Source: Carcharhinus amblyrhynchos (Eukaryota). Taken from it: 64,000 nucleotides of DNA. The stretch covers positions 21,576,001 through 21,640,000 of the forward strand of contig OZ336872.1 of the NCBI GenBank assembly GCA_965287045.1. Reading direction: 5' to 3'. The position numbers were made by a program, and so were the translations under genes. The notes below the pieces were generated by a model that did not search any database, was not told the DNA's origin, and saw nothing but the letters and a program-made list of their open reading frames with translations. Below are positions 52,221 to 64,000 of this stretch, in pieces; the first letter of the stretch is position 1, and each line of letters begins with the position of its first letter.

Positions 52221-53031
52221 TTTTGATTTGATTTATTATTGTCACATCTATTGGTATACAGTGAAAAGTATTGTTTCATGCACACGAGGCAGACAAAGCA
52301 TACTGTTCATAAAGAAGGAAACAAGAGGAGTGCAGAATGTAGTGTCACAGTCATAGCTAGGATGTAGCTAGAGGGAGCAGAACGTAATATTACAGTCATA
52401 GCTGGGATGTAGAGAAAGATCAACTTGATGTGAGCTAGGTCCATTCAAAAGTCTGATGGCAGCAGGGAAGAAGCTCTTCTTGAGTGGGTTGGTACGTGAC
52501 TTCAGACTTTTGTATCTTTTTCCCGATGGAAGAAGGTGGAAGAGAGAATGTTCGGGGTGCATGGGGCCCTTAATTATGCTGGCTGCTTTGCCAAGGCAGT
52601 GGGAAATGTAGAGAGAGTCAATGGATGGGAGGCTGATTCCCGTGATGGATTGGGCTACATTCATGATAAATACCAGGAGATAAATACCAGGGTTAAACGT
52701 TTCGCTTTTATATTCTCCTCAAAAGTAATCTCAGATTTGAGTAGCCTCACATCCTGAGGATCTTGTATAGAAACACCCAGTGGAGGGCACACTTGTGTAG
52801 ATGAATCATTGCATTGGAATGCACTAAATTATTGTATTACAGTTTCTTGTAGTCTTGTGCAGAGCAGGAGCAATACCAAGCTATACCAAGCTGTGATATA
52901 ACCAGAAAGAATGCTTTCTATGGTGCTTCTGTAAAAGTTGGTGAAACTCATAACTGACATTCCAAATTTCCTCAGTCTTCTGAGAAAGTAGAGGCATTGG
53001 CAGGCTTTCTTAATGAATGTGTCAGCATGGG
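52221..53031 (-). mobile_element. Rex1/Babar-like LINE 3' part, split by a templated insert at 52665-52838
   Basis: ORF 52368..52664 ...LPSIDSLY..CLGKAASIIK..HP.HSLFHLLPSGKRYKS..LKKSFFPAAIRLLN. Upstream ORF2-like sequence (CLYFLRRLRKFG..NFYR..IESILSG.IT) resumes after the insert. Confidence 0.8.
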
Positions 53032-53040
53032 GTTTGTCGG

Positions 53041-54062
53041 TGTTGTGGGGGTGGAACCGCAGTAATTTTCAATGTCTGGAAGGGAGTGGCCCTTGATTGA
53101 CTGGATATTGTAACATTTGAGGCAGAGGGCATTCCAAGTTGTCACCTCTGACACTGCCTCAAGGAATGGGGCCGAAACCATGTGTTGCTAAGAGCTGGAG
53201 TTCAGGGAGACTCAGGAGCCTGACTTGCTTGGTGCAACTAAGAATTCAGGCTCAAGGAAGCCAGAAATGGTTGCTGGTAGCAGTGTCCTAGGATAGGGAA
53301 TGTATCTATGTAGGCATACAATAGGGATATGGGCGGGGGGTGGGTAAAGGCATGATCAGGACATTGAATTTGAGGATCAGCCATGTTAAAGATGAATGGC
53401 AGTGCAGGCTCGAAGGGCCAAATGGCCTACACCTGCTTCTATTTTCTATGTTTCTATGTTTTTAGATGTGGGAATGTAACTTCGACTGGAGAAGATAACC
53501 AAAATGACTGGACCTGAGAACAGATTTGAGAGCGATCTGGAATAGTGTATACCTTTTGGGTGAATGTCTGGAACTTGGGTGGAGCAGTGATGCTGTTGGC
53601 TGGGAATCTGACTAGGTCTAGGAAGAAGAGGAGCTGACAATCCTTGTGAAGAAGGCAGGGCCTTTGAAATAAAATTGTGACTCACAGTGATGACTGTTGT
53701 CTGGGTTGGTTGCTGAGAAATACAAAAACCTGCCTTGGTGGTGTCTGCTGTTTGTGCAGTTTGTGGTGTATTCCAACCACAGTTTACTTGTTAGTTCATG
53801 TTTACCTCAAGTTAATTCTGCTACATTAGACTATAAGATAGTGTTGACTATAAGATAGTGTGGAAGAGTATTGAATGTTTGCTTTGTTGATCCTTGTATA
53901 GTAAAATTTCTTCGGTTTGTTTAAAACCATGAAATATTGTGGCCCTATTTACTTGGTAAGGAACTGGGATTTCTAACTTGAAGTAGGACCTGATTTGTCA
54001 AATAGAGAAAAATTACTGATCCCTAACTAGATCACAACAAATTTGAGAGTTTTGGTCCAGCA
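53041..54062 (+). mobile_element. Possible LTR remnant with an embedded CR1 tail (53295-53460)
   Basis: Starts tgttgtg and ends gatcacaaca (short TG..CA inverted termini), followed by a degenerate PBS-like tract. Confidence 0.4.
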
Positions 54063-57000
54063 CCACAAAAAGATTTGCAGCTCTGAAGAATAACCGTCAC
54101 AATAGACTTTGGGTACATATGGTTCAGTAATTCTGAATGTAACATTAGGATCAATTGAAGGAAATATGACATGAAAGGAGTATCTATTGAAGTAGCTTTA
54201 AAATTAACAATTTTGAGACTAATTTTGATTAAACCATCTTCAGCCAAGGGCACGATCTTAATATTAGAATCCTGGGAGGAGGAATTCAACAATACTTGAC
54301 AATGTCATGAGTGAAACAGAACAAGAAATGGAATCTGGATTAGCTAGAGTATGTCGTGGATAACGCTGAGATGGTTGGCAAAGAGAGTGATGGCAAAACC
54401 TTACTTTCATCTACACTGGATTATAGAAACCATTGTTACTGCTTTCAGCATCTGAGAGGTTAATAATCTGCGATTGTAAAGAAAATGGTCATTGAATATG
54501 CACACTCAGCAACGGAATCTAGACAAATTTCCTGAATGATAATTGATGGAAGTATTGAATGTAATCAGGAAGCCTTTATCATGGTTCCTAGCAAACAAAA
54601 GGTGGTTATAATATGCTTTGTGCAAACTGAACGCAGAGACATTTTTTGTTTACTTGTTTTATGGATTCTATTCTAGTCTGGTTATCACAAAATGCATGAA
54701 TGAGGAGACTGTATTGTTATATAATGGTTAATTCTTACACAATCATCATTGTCATTTAATTATAAGGAATGCAGTTGTGAATGGCCTTTGTTCAGTTTAT
54801 TCTCCAAGAATCTGGCATTGTATTTCAGTGGGTATTTTTGCCTCAGATGTCAGTCTCTCTCTTACACACACAAACAGAGGGTCGACTTTCATTTGATTCC
54901 ATGGATTCAAAATGCAAGATGGATAGATCCACTTCTAAAGTTTAGTGGAAGTAGAGAAAAAGCTTAGTTCAGGGGAAAATGCTTTATAGATTTGAAGTAC
55001 TGAGGAGAGTGGAAAACTCAGATGAAAAATAATTGACGTGAAACATTATCATTTTCTCCCACCAGAGATGTTGCCTGACCTATCATAGTGAGGTAGCAGT
55101 GCTAATCATGTGTCATGCCTGAATATTTCCAGCATTTTATGGTGGAAAACCTAGCATAACATGTATTGTTTAAGAAATTTTGTTCATATACCTCTTCTAT
55201 GATAAATAGTTTGTTGGTCAACAGCTGAATTTATATTCAAGCTTTATGTCAAGGACAGAGGGGGATTATATTTGTAGCAAGTTTCATAAAGCTAGTGTGC
55301 AATGACATAATGGCTACGTTCAATTCCAGCACCCCACTATCATTCACTGAGATTTTGGTCAGAAGTAATATGCTCCCACTTTTTGGAAAAGCTACCAGCT
55401 TAAATATCACACGCACAGCACTAAAAGAGTAGAAAGAAATCTACTTACAAGGTCATGAAAGTATGGATTTGGGTTTTAGTAGTAAAGGGAAAATAGCAGT
55501 GGCACAGCTGGATAATGTTCCTGGGATGGAAAGTGTAGGCTTGACATGTGATCAGATGTAGGGATAAGGAAGGTAAACTCAGGGTCAAGCACAGTACACC
55601 GATTGCACACTTGTCTGATTTGGAAGGGTAGTGGATAGGTTGAATATGTTGGTGCCTTTAGTAAACATATGCCATGAATAAAATGTTTTACAGCAGCTAT
55701 CATCTCCCTATTCTTCATTGTTAAACAAATCAGGGGTAAGGAAAAGGTTACTTATGGCTTACCATACCTACAAACTTTTAAATACACATGATTTTAAGCA
55801 ATTCTGAGGATAGGACCATGGCAGTCCCCCACCACATTTTAATACCCCATGAATTGGTATTCACAAGCTGAAAGTTGACCTTTCAAAATGTTATATGAAA
55901 AATTGGCACCTCAAGTTTTGAAATTGGAACAATATACATAGTATATTTATTGTAAAATGAAAATCCGTTCAGATTTCAGAACAGATTAAGGGATATTATT
56001 TGTAATGCCAAATTCTAAGGAAGAACTCATTTGCTATTAAATACCTGTTAGTTTTTAAAAGGGAGGATTTGACCGCAAGCTCATGTTGAATTCAAATTTC
56101 ACATGGTCATTAAATATGGCAAACAAAAGAACCAAATAAAAATGACAAGCTGCTTTGTGGTGTTTCTATAGTATCTAGAAATTTGTCCTGGATTTAACCC
56201 ATGAACTTTTCTGCTTATGCCTTTAAGCTACTGTAAACGTGTCAAATTTGAATACATATTTGTATTTGCTGTTATTGTAGCACAAAGGCAGTTGAAATCA
56301 TAACCTGGCACTCTCCCTTGCAGCTGGAACACCACAATGCAACCTTGAGTAATTGCACTAAACAAAACAGAATTTCTAGTTGACATGTTTGAGTGGAATA
56401 CAAGCCCCTTTTATACATTGCTTAGTAAGAATTTCAATCACATTTAAATTTACTAGGGTCGCCGATCCAATACTGAAACAAATGAGTTAAGCACAATAAA
56501 ATATTGTGTTTGACATGCCCTGATCGTAACTCTTTCCGAACAGATTACCCCTCACTGCAACAGTTAGTAGGAGAACACATCTTAGCCCACAAGGTGCTGA
56601 GTTCACCTGCAACACATGTTCATATATTTTCTTTATTTTGACAGCCTTGCATCTCATGAGATGATGATTTATGTCCAGTGATGAACTCTATGTGAAGCAT
56701 TACCCAATGTGGCTCAGGAGCCCCACTGGGTACAACAATCTTTGTCACAAAAAGGAAGGTGGTGGGCTGAGAAGATGCTGGATTGGCTGGCCTCCACTTT
56801 CTCAGGATCCTCTTTTCGGCCAACTGAGCTTTCCATTTCTCCTCGCCTCTTCCCATGTCCCTTCGTATAGTCAGCCCCTTGGACTGAGGGCCTCTGGAGA
56901 CTGTCTCCTAATGGTGAGTGTCTCCCAGTTGTGTGAGTTGACGTCTGCCATCTTTGTTCTCACGTGTTGCTGTGGTGGAGGTATGAACAGCTGATTGTAA

Positions 57001-57309
57001 CCCAGTTGCTACTTTACCACACAAAGTCTTTGGCTATACAGTCAATGCCCAGTGAGTGTGACCAAGACAATATAGAAAATTTTGACTGAGTACTGATTAT
57101 GTGCTAAAGAAAGTAGGGCTTCCAAGAGTCAGTGACCTTGTCCTGTCAAATGATGTTAAGGGTAGTCCAAGACAGCAAAAGTGAAATCTGTTCAGGTCTC
57201 ACGAGGAGCGCATGGATGCCACAGGCCCGGGAGACTCTCATCTGGATGTTCTCAGTCTGATTGTTGTGGTTCCACACTCTTACACAACTTGATTTCATTC
57301 TTATAGCAC

Positions 57310-58160
57310 CACTCACTTCAGGAAAATGTCCCAAGGTTCTTCACAGGAGCATAATCGAATAGAAATTGACACTGAGCCAAAGCAGGACAAATTAGGAGAG
57401 AAAGATTAAAAGTATGGTCAAGAAATAGGTTTTAAGGAGAGTCTTAAAAGAAAACTGAAGAGAAAGATGCAGGGACAGAGGGAAGTCCAGAGCCTAGAGT
57501 CCAAATAGCTGAGGGCAACCACTAATGGGGTGACAATAGTAAAGTTGTGTAAGGCCAGAGTTAGAAACATAGAAAATAGGAATAGTAGGTGCATTCGGCC
57601 CTTTGAGCTTGCATTGCCATTCTTTATGATCGTGGCTGATCATCCAACTCAATAGCCTGATCCTGCCTTTCGCCCCCCCTATCCTTTGATCCTCTTCACC
57701 CCAATGCTTTATCTAACTGCTTCTTGAAAATGTTCAATGTTTGGCCTCAACTACTTCCTGTGGTAGTGAATTCCATAGGCTAACCACTCTCTGGATAAAG
57801 AAATCTCTGTCCTAAGCAGTCTATGCTTACACTGTGACCCTTGGTCCTATATTCCCACCATCGGGAACATCCCTCCTGCATCCTCCCTCACTCTGTTACG
57901 AGGAGGAGAGCAATGTTTTTCAAAGTTGTAGGGCTGAAAGAGGAAAAGTTTAAACGTAAGATTTGAATTTTAAATCTGGAGCAATGGTGGACTGGGTCGG
58001 TCAACAATGGATGAGCAGGGCATGGTGCAGACAAAATAAGCTCAAAGTTTATGGAGAATGAAATCAATCAAGAGAAGCCTGGAAGAGGCTCTCAGCTACA
58101 TTGAGGGAGGGGCAGAGATAGGCAATGAAATGGAGGTGAAAATAGGCAGCTTTTGTGACG
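57310..58160 (-). mobile_element. L2 remnant with a nested CR1 3' end (57563-57885)
   Basis: L2 tail atgtcccaagg..cttcacaggagc..gacactgagcca and CR1 tail agaaacatagaaaatagga..cattcggcccttt. Confidence 0.65.
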
Positions 58161-58252
58161 GACAGCATGCAGGATCAGAAATTTCTCTTGTTTTTTTGTT
58201 AGATGTGGTAGTTGTGATCCTTGACTTACATTTGATGTTGTTAGCAAACTCT

Positions 58253-59181
58253 GGGCAAAATTTTACCAGTTCGTCCTGCCCATCAATGGGTGGAGTGAGT
58301 TGGTAAAATCGTGCGAGAGGTGAGAAATAAGGATCGTGCCGGATTTCTCGGCTCTCGCATTCTTACCAAAACAGGATTTCCAGTGAGGTCAGCCTCTCGC
58401 CCATTTCTGGCAAGAGGCTGAATAAATTTAAATTTATTAAAATGATCATTAGCATGGCATTAGCGAGCCCGGCGCTCAATTGTCCGGGCTCACTTGCCTT
58501 TTTGGTTCTCTCCGGCGAGGTAAACACTTGCTCTCCATGAATGAGGAATTATCATGTTGGCTTTGCCAGTAGGACCGGAGGCCATTGAGGCCTCCCAGGG
58601 AGGCCAAGGGCAAGGGTGGCCCATTGGGCAGTGCCAGTTTGGCAGTATTAGCTTGGCACTGTGGCACCTTGGCAATGCCCACCTGACCCCTTGGCAGTGC
58701 CTTGTGGACAGTGCCATAGGGCACAGCCTACATAGGTGTGAAGGAGGGGCTGGTTACTACTCTGCATCCGATCTGTGGCGGAGGGTGGGGGACACATTCA
58801 TTCTGGGTGGCAGAAGCCACATTTCCAGGTGATGTGGGGCTCACAATCAGCAATGGGCCCCTGTGATTGTGGGGGGTGGGAGTGCTGTGTTCAGGTTTGC
58901 TTCAACAACAGAGACCTGACATCTCCTCCTCTCTGTCAAGCCTTTGCTGTTGTGTAAGTGTGGCATCAGAGGTCTGCACATGCGCAATAGCTCCCACTGC
59001 TGCTGGCTGGCTAATTAAGCTTTGCCCACTGCCTGTAGCAGTTAGAATGGTCTAGCCCATTGTTTTCATGTGCTTTATGCACTAGATTGGGCATGAAAAC
59101 GCACCCAAAAGAAATGGATCTGCAACTCTCCCATTTTCATGCTAGCTAGACACTTTGAATCATTCTCATGAAATTCCACCC
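58253..59181. mobile_element. Non-autonomous PIF/Harbinger-like DNA transposon
   Basis: Imperfect TIRs gggcaaaatttt / gaaattccaccc with a 3-bp direct repeat tct on both flanks. The GC-rich interior has repeated ggca/tgcc motifs. Confidence 0.65.
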
Positions 59182-59399
59182 TCTTTCTTTTATTAAGCAT
59201 TACGATATTTACAAGGTAGACTCAACACAAGGCTCCACATGGAACTCTTTCTCTCTCTCTCCATTATCATGTGATGTCACATTACCTGATGATATAGATG
59301 ACATATTTACATATTTAACATTAATCCTTTTGGCTACATCTCTCCAACAAGTCTTTGACTCAATCAATATTATTTACATTATCCTACAAAGTTCAGGTC

Positions 59400-60620
59400 A
59401 GGATTAGGATTGGAGGTTGCATTATGGTTGAGCAGAGACAGTGACCTCGAGTGAGTTGAATTTGTAGTCAAGGGAACAGAGAAGATAATGGCTTTGATCG
59501 ACTATGTGTAATTATGAGAAACTGCTGCTCCTCCAGCACTGTCTTTGGTATATGACAAGTTGATAGGCCTGAGGCTGTAGAAATATCAGGAGAAATAATG
59601 GTGTGGTGGCACTGAGTTTTGTCAGTGTATAACATATTCCTTTGCATGATGTCACTGAGGGGCAGCACATAGTTGAGGAAAAGGAACGAGCCAGGGATGT
59701 GTGCTTGGGGAAATTCTCTGGCTACATACTGGGGTGGTTCCACTCAAATGGACAATGGGGGAGAGATGTTGGAAGAGGAAGCTATGGTCCACTGCGCCAA
59801 TGGCAGTTGAGCAGTCGAAGAAGCAAGAAAGAGAATAGCATCCCACAGTAATGTTGGATGTAATTTTTGACTTTAGGGGCAGTTTCAGAGCTGGGGGATG
59901 GATGGAAGAAAGATTGAAGAGGTTCAAACAGGAAGCTGTGGTAAGATGTGCACAGATTTGAGAGTAACAACGCATTCAATAACTTGAGATAAAAGCAAAG
60001 TTGGAGATGGTGCAGTAGATTGCAAGGGCAGAGGAATCGCGGATGCTTTATTCGGGGAGGGGGGTGTAATGATGCCAATTATGGGGTGCATTACCTGGGG
60101 TGATGGGAGCCAGGTAGGATGGTCACCAGTTTAGAGGATTCGGGGTTGAGACCAGGGCACAATCAACATGGACAGAGCACAAGAGAAGATGGAAAAGAAG
60201 CATATATGTATTCTGGACTAGGGCAGGGAAAGGCAGCTGAATGGATGGTCTCCATAATAATAATGGAGTCTTTGCATGTTGGAAAGCAGAGAGGATAAAG
60301 GAGATGTTTGGTTGTGGAGTAAAAATACCAAGGGATACCTTTCAATTCAAGAATGATTCTGGAATAGTGAGCAGTTTTGGCAGAGAAACGCAAGACCTGG
60401 TAACATTTGATAGGGTCAACCAAGTGTGGCCAAAAACTAACTGGATTGTGTGCCAAATATGCACAAGTCGGCAACCCTTGGGCAATCAATGTGAAGATGA
60501 AGGTTTTACTGGGCGAATGACCAAGGCAAGAGAGAAGATTTATTTTACTGAGGATCTGGGCAAAGGCAGAGGTGAGAGAATGATTGAGCAACTACCGAAG
60601 ACCTCATAGTGTGCCACTAA
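59400..60620 (-). mobile_element. L2 LINE RT remnant
   Basis: ORF 59468..59743 PQAHIPGSFLFLNYVLPLSDIMQ..MLYTDKTQ is a degenerate L2 PQGSILGPLLFLIYMLPLGDII..YADDTQ. Adjacent frames contain AVDHSFL-like motifs. Confidence 0.75.
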
Positions 60621-61139
60621 GCAGGAAGGAGGCCACCCCTAGCATGGTCCTTCACACAGTGGTCTATTAATTGGCCGATACATAGAAAATCTAATAAACA
60701 CAAAAGGAACATATCAGCTATAATTGCAGCTGTTTTCTGTTGAACAGCTCCACACAGCTCCTGGAGTGAATTCAGGTTATGTCTCGTTGCAGTCTGGTAA
60801 CATCTGGAGACACAGTGACACGGCAATATTACATTCCATCATGTAACCTCTCAGGGCATATTTGACAGAGTAGGATGGTATATAAATATAGTAACCCTTT
60901 AGGGTATAGTCAATCAAAGATATCTCAAAGCCTCTTGAAAAGATGATTGCAGAGCTAACATTAGGCTCGTCTGAGGCTGATGATCACAATCTGCAGGAAG
61001 GGTCCTCCGGGTGGTGACTTATTTCACATTTTGGTTATACTTTGTAAAATGTGTAAATAGAAGCAACATCACTGGACTGAGAACAAACTAATGCTACAAT
61101 GACTATTGTGCAGCACTTTATCGCTGTGTGAAAGTGACA

Positions 61140-61455
61140 GACTTTTCCTCAGGGTAAGAGAGTCCAAAACTAGAGGGCATAGGTTTAAGGTGAAGGGGCG
61201 GGGATTTAAAAAGGGGCCTGAGGGGCAACTTTTTCCACAGAGAGGATGGTGGGTGTATGGAATGAGCTGCCAGAGGAAAGTGGGAGAGACAGATACAATT
61301 ACAATGTTTAAAAGACATATGGACAGGTACGTAGATAGGAAAGGTTTAGAGGGATAGGGGCCAGACGCAGGCAAATGGGACCAGTTCAGTTTTGGAAACC
61401 TATACGATTTGGGTCAGAGAACCTGTTTCCATGCTGTATAAGTCTCTATGATTGT
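61140..61455 (+). mobile_element. CR1 LINE 3' end
   Basis: RVRESKTRGHRFKVKGRGFK..TITMFKRHMDRY, tail ctctatga. Confidence 0.9.
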
Positions 61456-62087
61456 CTGACTAGGTTGTGTGTGTGAGTTCCTCGAATGGAACTTGAAATC
61501 AATGACCTGCTGTCTCTGAGGGAAGAAAGTTGCCAGAGAGCCACAGAATAGCAGTGAAATGAAGCAGTTGTTTCATTTTGCTTTGTAGGGGCTCATTCAG
61601 TTCAGTCACTAGTTAGAACTCTATCCAAAGGTTAACTGACAATAAACGTTGCATGGTTCATTAGTTGATAGAAAAAGTTAGCAAGCTCTTTTTGACTAAA
61701 AGTTTTGTTCAGTTATTTGCATGATAGTTATTTTTGAATATAGTTGACAGTTATTCAAATGCAGAAGTTCCAGTAAAGATAAACATATATAAACAAATAG
61801 ATGCGCATTTATATAGCAAGCTTTTATTTTTTTAAGCATTTCATTGATAAATAGTTTAAAATAAGTCTTTTTGTTCAATAAATTTGCTTAATAGGGGGCA
61901 AACCTCTATCCCTCCTTGTATTCAATCTTCTGTTGAGATACAAGGATAATATTCTATTAGCCTTTTTCTGTACTTGTTAAAGCTAAACAGATAATAGTTC
62001 ACAAGTGGAAGGCAGCAATTAACTTCTCAAAATGGTCAGGTTTGGCCTCGAAAGCTTGACTCAAAAGCAGTGTGGCAAGGTTTCATA

Positions 62088-63871
62088 GTAATGTGAAAAA
62101 TCAGGACTTTATGTTACAACTGTACAAGACATTAGTGAGGCCACATTTGGAACACTGCGTACAATTCTGATCGACCTGCTATTGGAAAGATGTTATTAAC
62201 CTGGAAAGGGTGCAAAGAAGGTCTACAATGATGTCACCAGGACTGGAAGGCTTGAACTATAAGGTGAGGCTGGATAGACTGGGACTTTTTTCCCTGGAGT
62301 GTAGGAGGATGAGAGGTGATTAGAGGTTTATAAAATCATGAAGAGCAGAGATAAGGTGAATCACCAAGGTCTTTTCTCAGGATAGGAGAGTCCAAAATTA
62401 GAAGGTTTAAGGTGAAGGGGGAAAGATTTAAAAGGGACCTGAGGAGCAACATTTTCACACAGAGAGTGGTGCCTATATGGAATGAGCTGCCAGAGGAGGT
62501 GGTAGAAACGGGTACAATTACAACATTTAAAAGACATTTGGACAGATACATGAATGGGAAAGGTTTAGAGGGATATGGGCCAAATGAAACAAAGAACAAT
62601 ACAGCACAGGAATAGGCCCTTCGGCCCTCCAAGCCTGCGCTGCTCACGTGCCCAACTAGATCATTCGATTGTATCTCTCTATTTCCAGTCTGTTCATGTG
62701 GCTATCTAGATAAGTCTTAAACGATCCCAGTGTGTCCACCTCAACCACCTTGCTTGACAGTGCATTCCAGGCCCCCACCACCCTCTGAGTAAAATACGCC
62801 CCCCTACATCTGTGTTGAACCTTGCTGCCCTCACCTTGAACTTGTGACCCCTTGTGTTCGTCACCTCCAACCTGGGAAAAAGCTTCCCACTGTTCATCCT
62901 ATCTATGCCCTTCACAATTTTGTACACCTCTATTAGGTCACCCCTCATCCTCCGTCTTTCCAGGGAGAACAACCCCAGTTTACCCAATCTCTCCTCATAG
63001 CTAAGACCCACCATACCAGGCAACATCCTGGTAAACCTTTTCTGTACTGTCTCCAAAGCCTCCATGCCCTTCTGGTAGTATGGTGACCAGAACTGGACGC
63101 AGTATTCCAAATGTGGCCTAACCAATGTTCTATACAGCTGCAACATCACATGCCAACTTTTATACACTATGCCCCATCCAGTAAAGGCCAGCATGCCATG
63201 TGCCTTCTTCACCACCCTCTCCACCTGTGCTGCCATCTTTAAGGATCTGTGGACCTGTATACCCAGGTCCCTCTGTGCATCTTTTCTCCTGATGGTTCTG
63301 CCATTTGTTGTATAGCTCCCCTCCTACATTAGATCTACCGAAATGCATCACTTTGCATTTATCTGGATTAAATTCCATTTGCCATTTCTCCGTCCAATTT
63401 TCCAGCCTATATCCTGCCGTATTCTCTGACAATGTTCATCACTATCCGCAACTCCAGCAATCTTTGTGTGGTCCGCAAACTTACTAATCACACCAGCTAC
63501 ATCCTCTCCCAAATCATTTATATATATATATCACAAACAGCAGAGGTCCCAGTACAGAGCACTGTGGAACACCACCGGTCACAGACCTCCAACCGGAAAA
63601 AGACCCCTCCACTGCAACCCTCTGTCTTCTATGGCCAAGCCAGTTCTCCACCCATCTAGCTAGCTCACCTTTTATCCCGTGAGATTTAACCTTTTGCACC
63701 AGCCTGCCATGAGGGACCTTGTCAAATGCTCTACTAAAATCCATATAGACTACATCCACGGTCCTTCCCTCATCAATCATTTTTGTCATGGGACCAGTTC
63801 AGTTTAGGAAACCTGGTCAGCATGGACGAGTTGGGCTGAAGGGCCTGTTTCCATGTTGTATATCTCTATGC
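62088..63871 (+). mobile_element. CR1 LINE 3' part, split by an antisense CR1 (host pieces 62088-62587 and 63788-63871)
   Basis: LQLYKTLVRPHLEHCVQF..FTQRVVPIWNELPEEVV. The tail atgggaccagttcagtttagg resumes at 63788, as in the 61370-61400 copy. Confidence 0.88.
62588..63788 (-). mobile_element. Younger 5'-truncated CR1 LINE (RT C-terminal half and 3' UTR)
   Basis: ORFs 63514..63789 (VDVVYMDFSRAFDKVPH, GVPQCSVLGPLLFVIY), 63160..63432 (WQMEFNPDKCKVMHFG) and 62706..63236 (LVRPHLEYCVQFWSP), broken by frameshifts. Confidence 0.95.
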
Positions 63872-64000
63872 CGCTATAGCAGGCAAGATAAGTTCATAAA
63901 GCACAAACTAGAGGCATACAGCTGTGCAGGTCTTATTTCTACAAGTCCCAGAAATTATTCCAAATTTTAATGTCTTCACACTGCCTCGATTTCCTGAGCA

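Noticed and set aside
31500-64000. Distal VGLL4 first exon (METPLDVLSRAAS-type) or the neighbour TAMM41
   Set aside because: Not found by manual reading. It may lie outside the window or have been missed; a tblastn search would decide.

Overview
Eukaryotic, AT-rich vertebrate genomic DNA. The repeat content (HE1/V-type tRNA SINEs, CR1, L2, Rex1-like and Penelope elements) points to a cartilaginous fish, probably a shark. The only host gene I can support is the 5' part of a vestigial-like 4 (VGLL4-family) TEAD cofactor on the minus strand. Its coding exons are 29303-29384, 21181-21367 and 953-1169, with canonical GT/AG sites and matching phases. An alternative 14-nt coding first exon (MIKVR, 6862-6875) lies in intron 2; the TDU-domain exons would lie beyond the left edge. 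A CpG/GA-rich promoter region at about 29.4-30.1 kb is flanked by two local tandem arrays. The rest is intron and upstream DNA dense with degenerate retroelements and DNA transposons; nearly all tracked ORFs are spurious or transposon remnants. Main oddities: (1) duplicates of the exon 1/intron 1 boundary that have all lost the splice donor; (2) three mobile elements each carrying an embedded copy of DNA from 0.8-1.4 kb to their left; (3) two inverted-repeat Penelope insertions with hammerhead-ribozyme-like cores; (4) an intronic cluster of TEAD motifs. I found no convincing wholly new multi-gene system. Family assignments are from recall, not database searches, and repeat boundaries are approximate.
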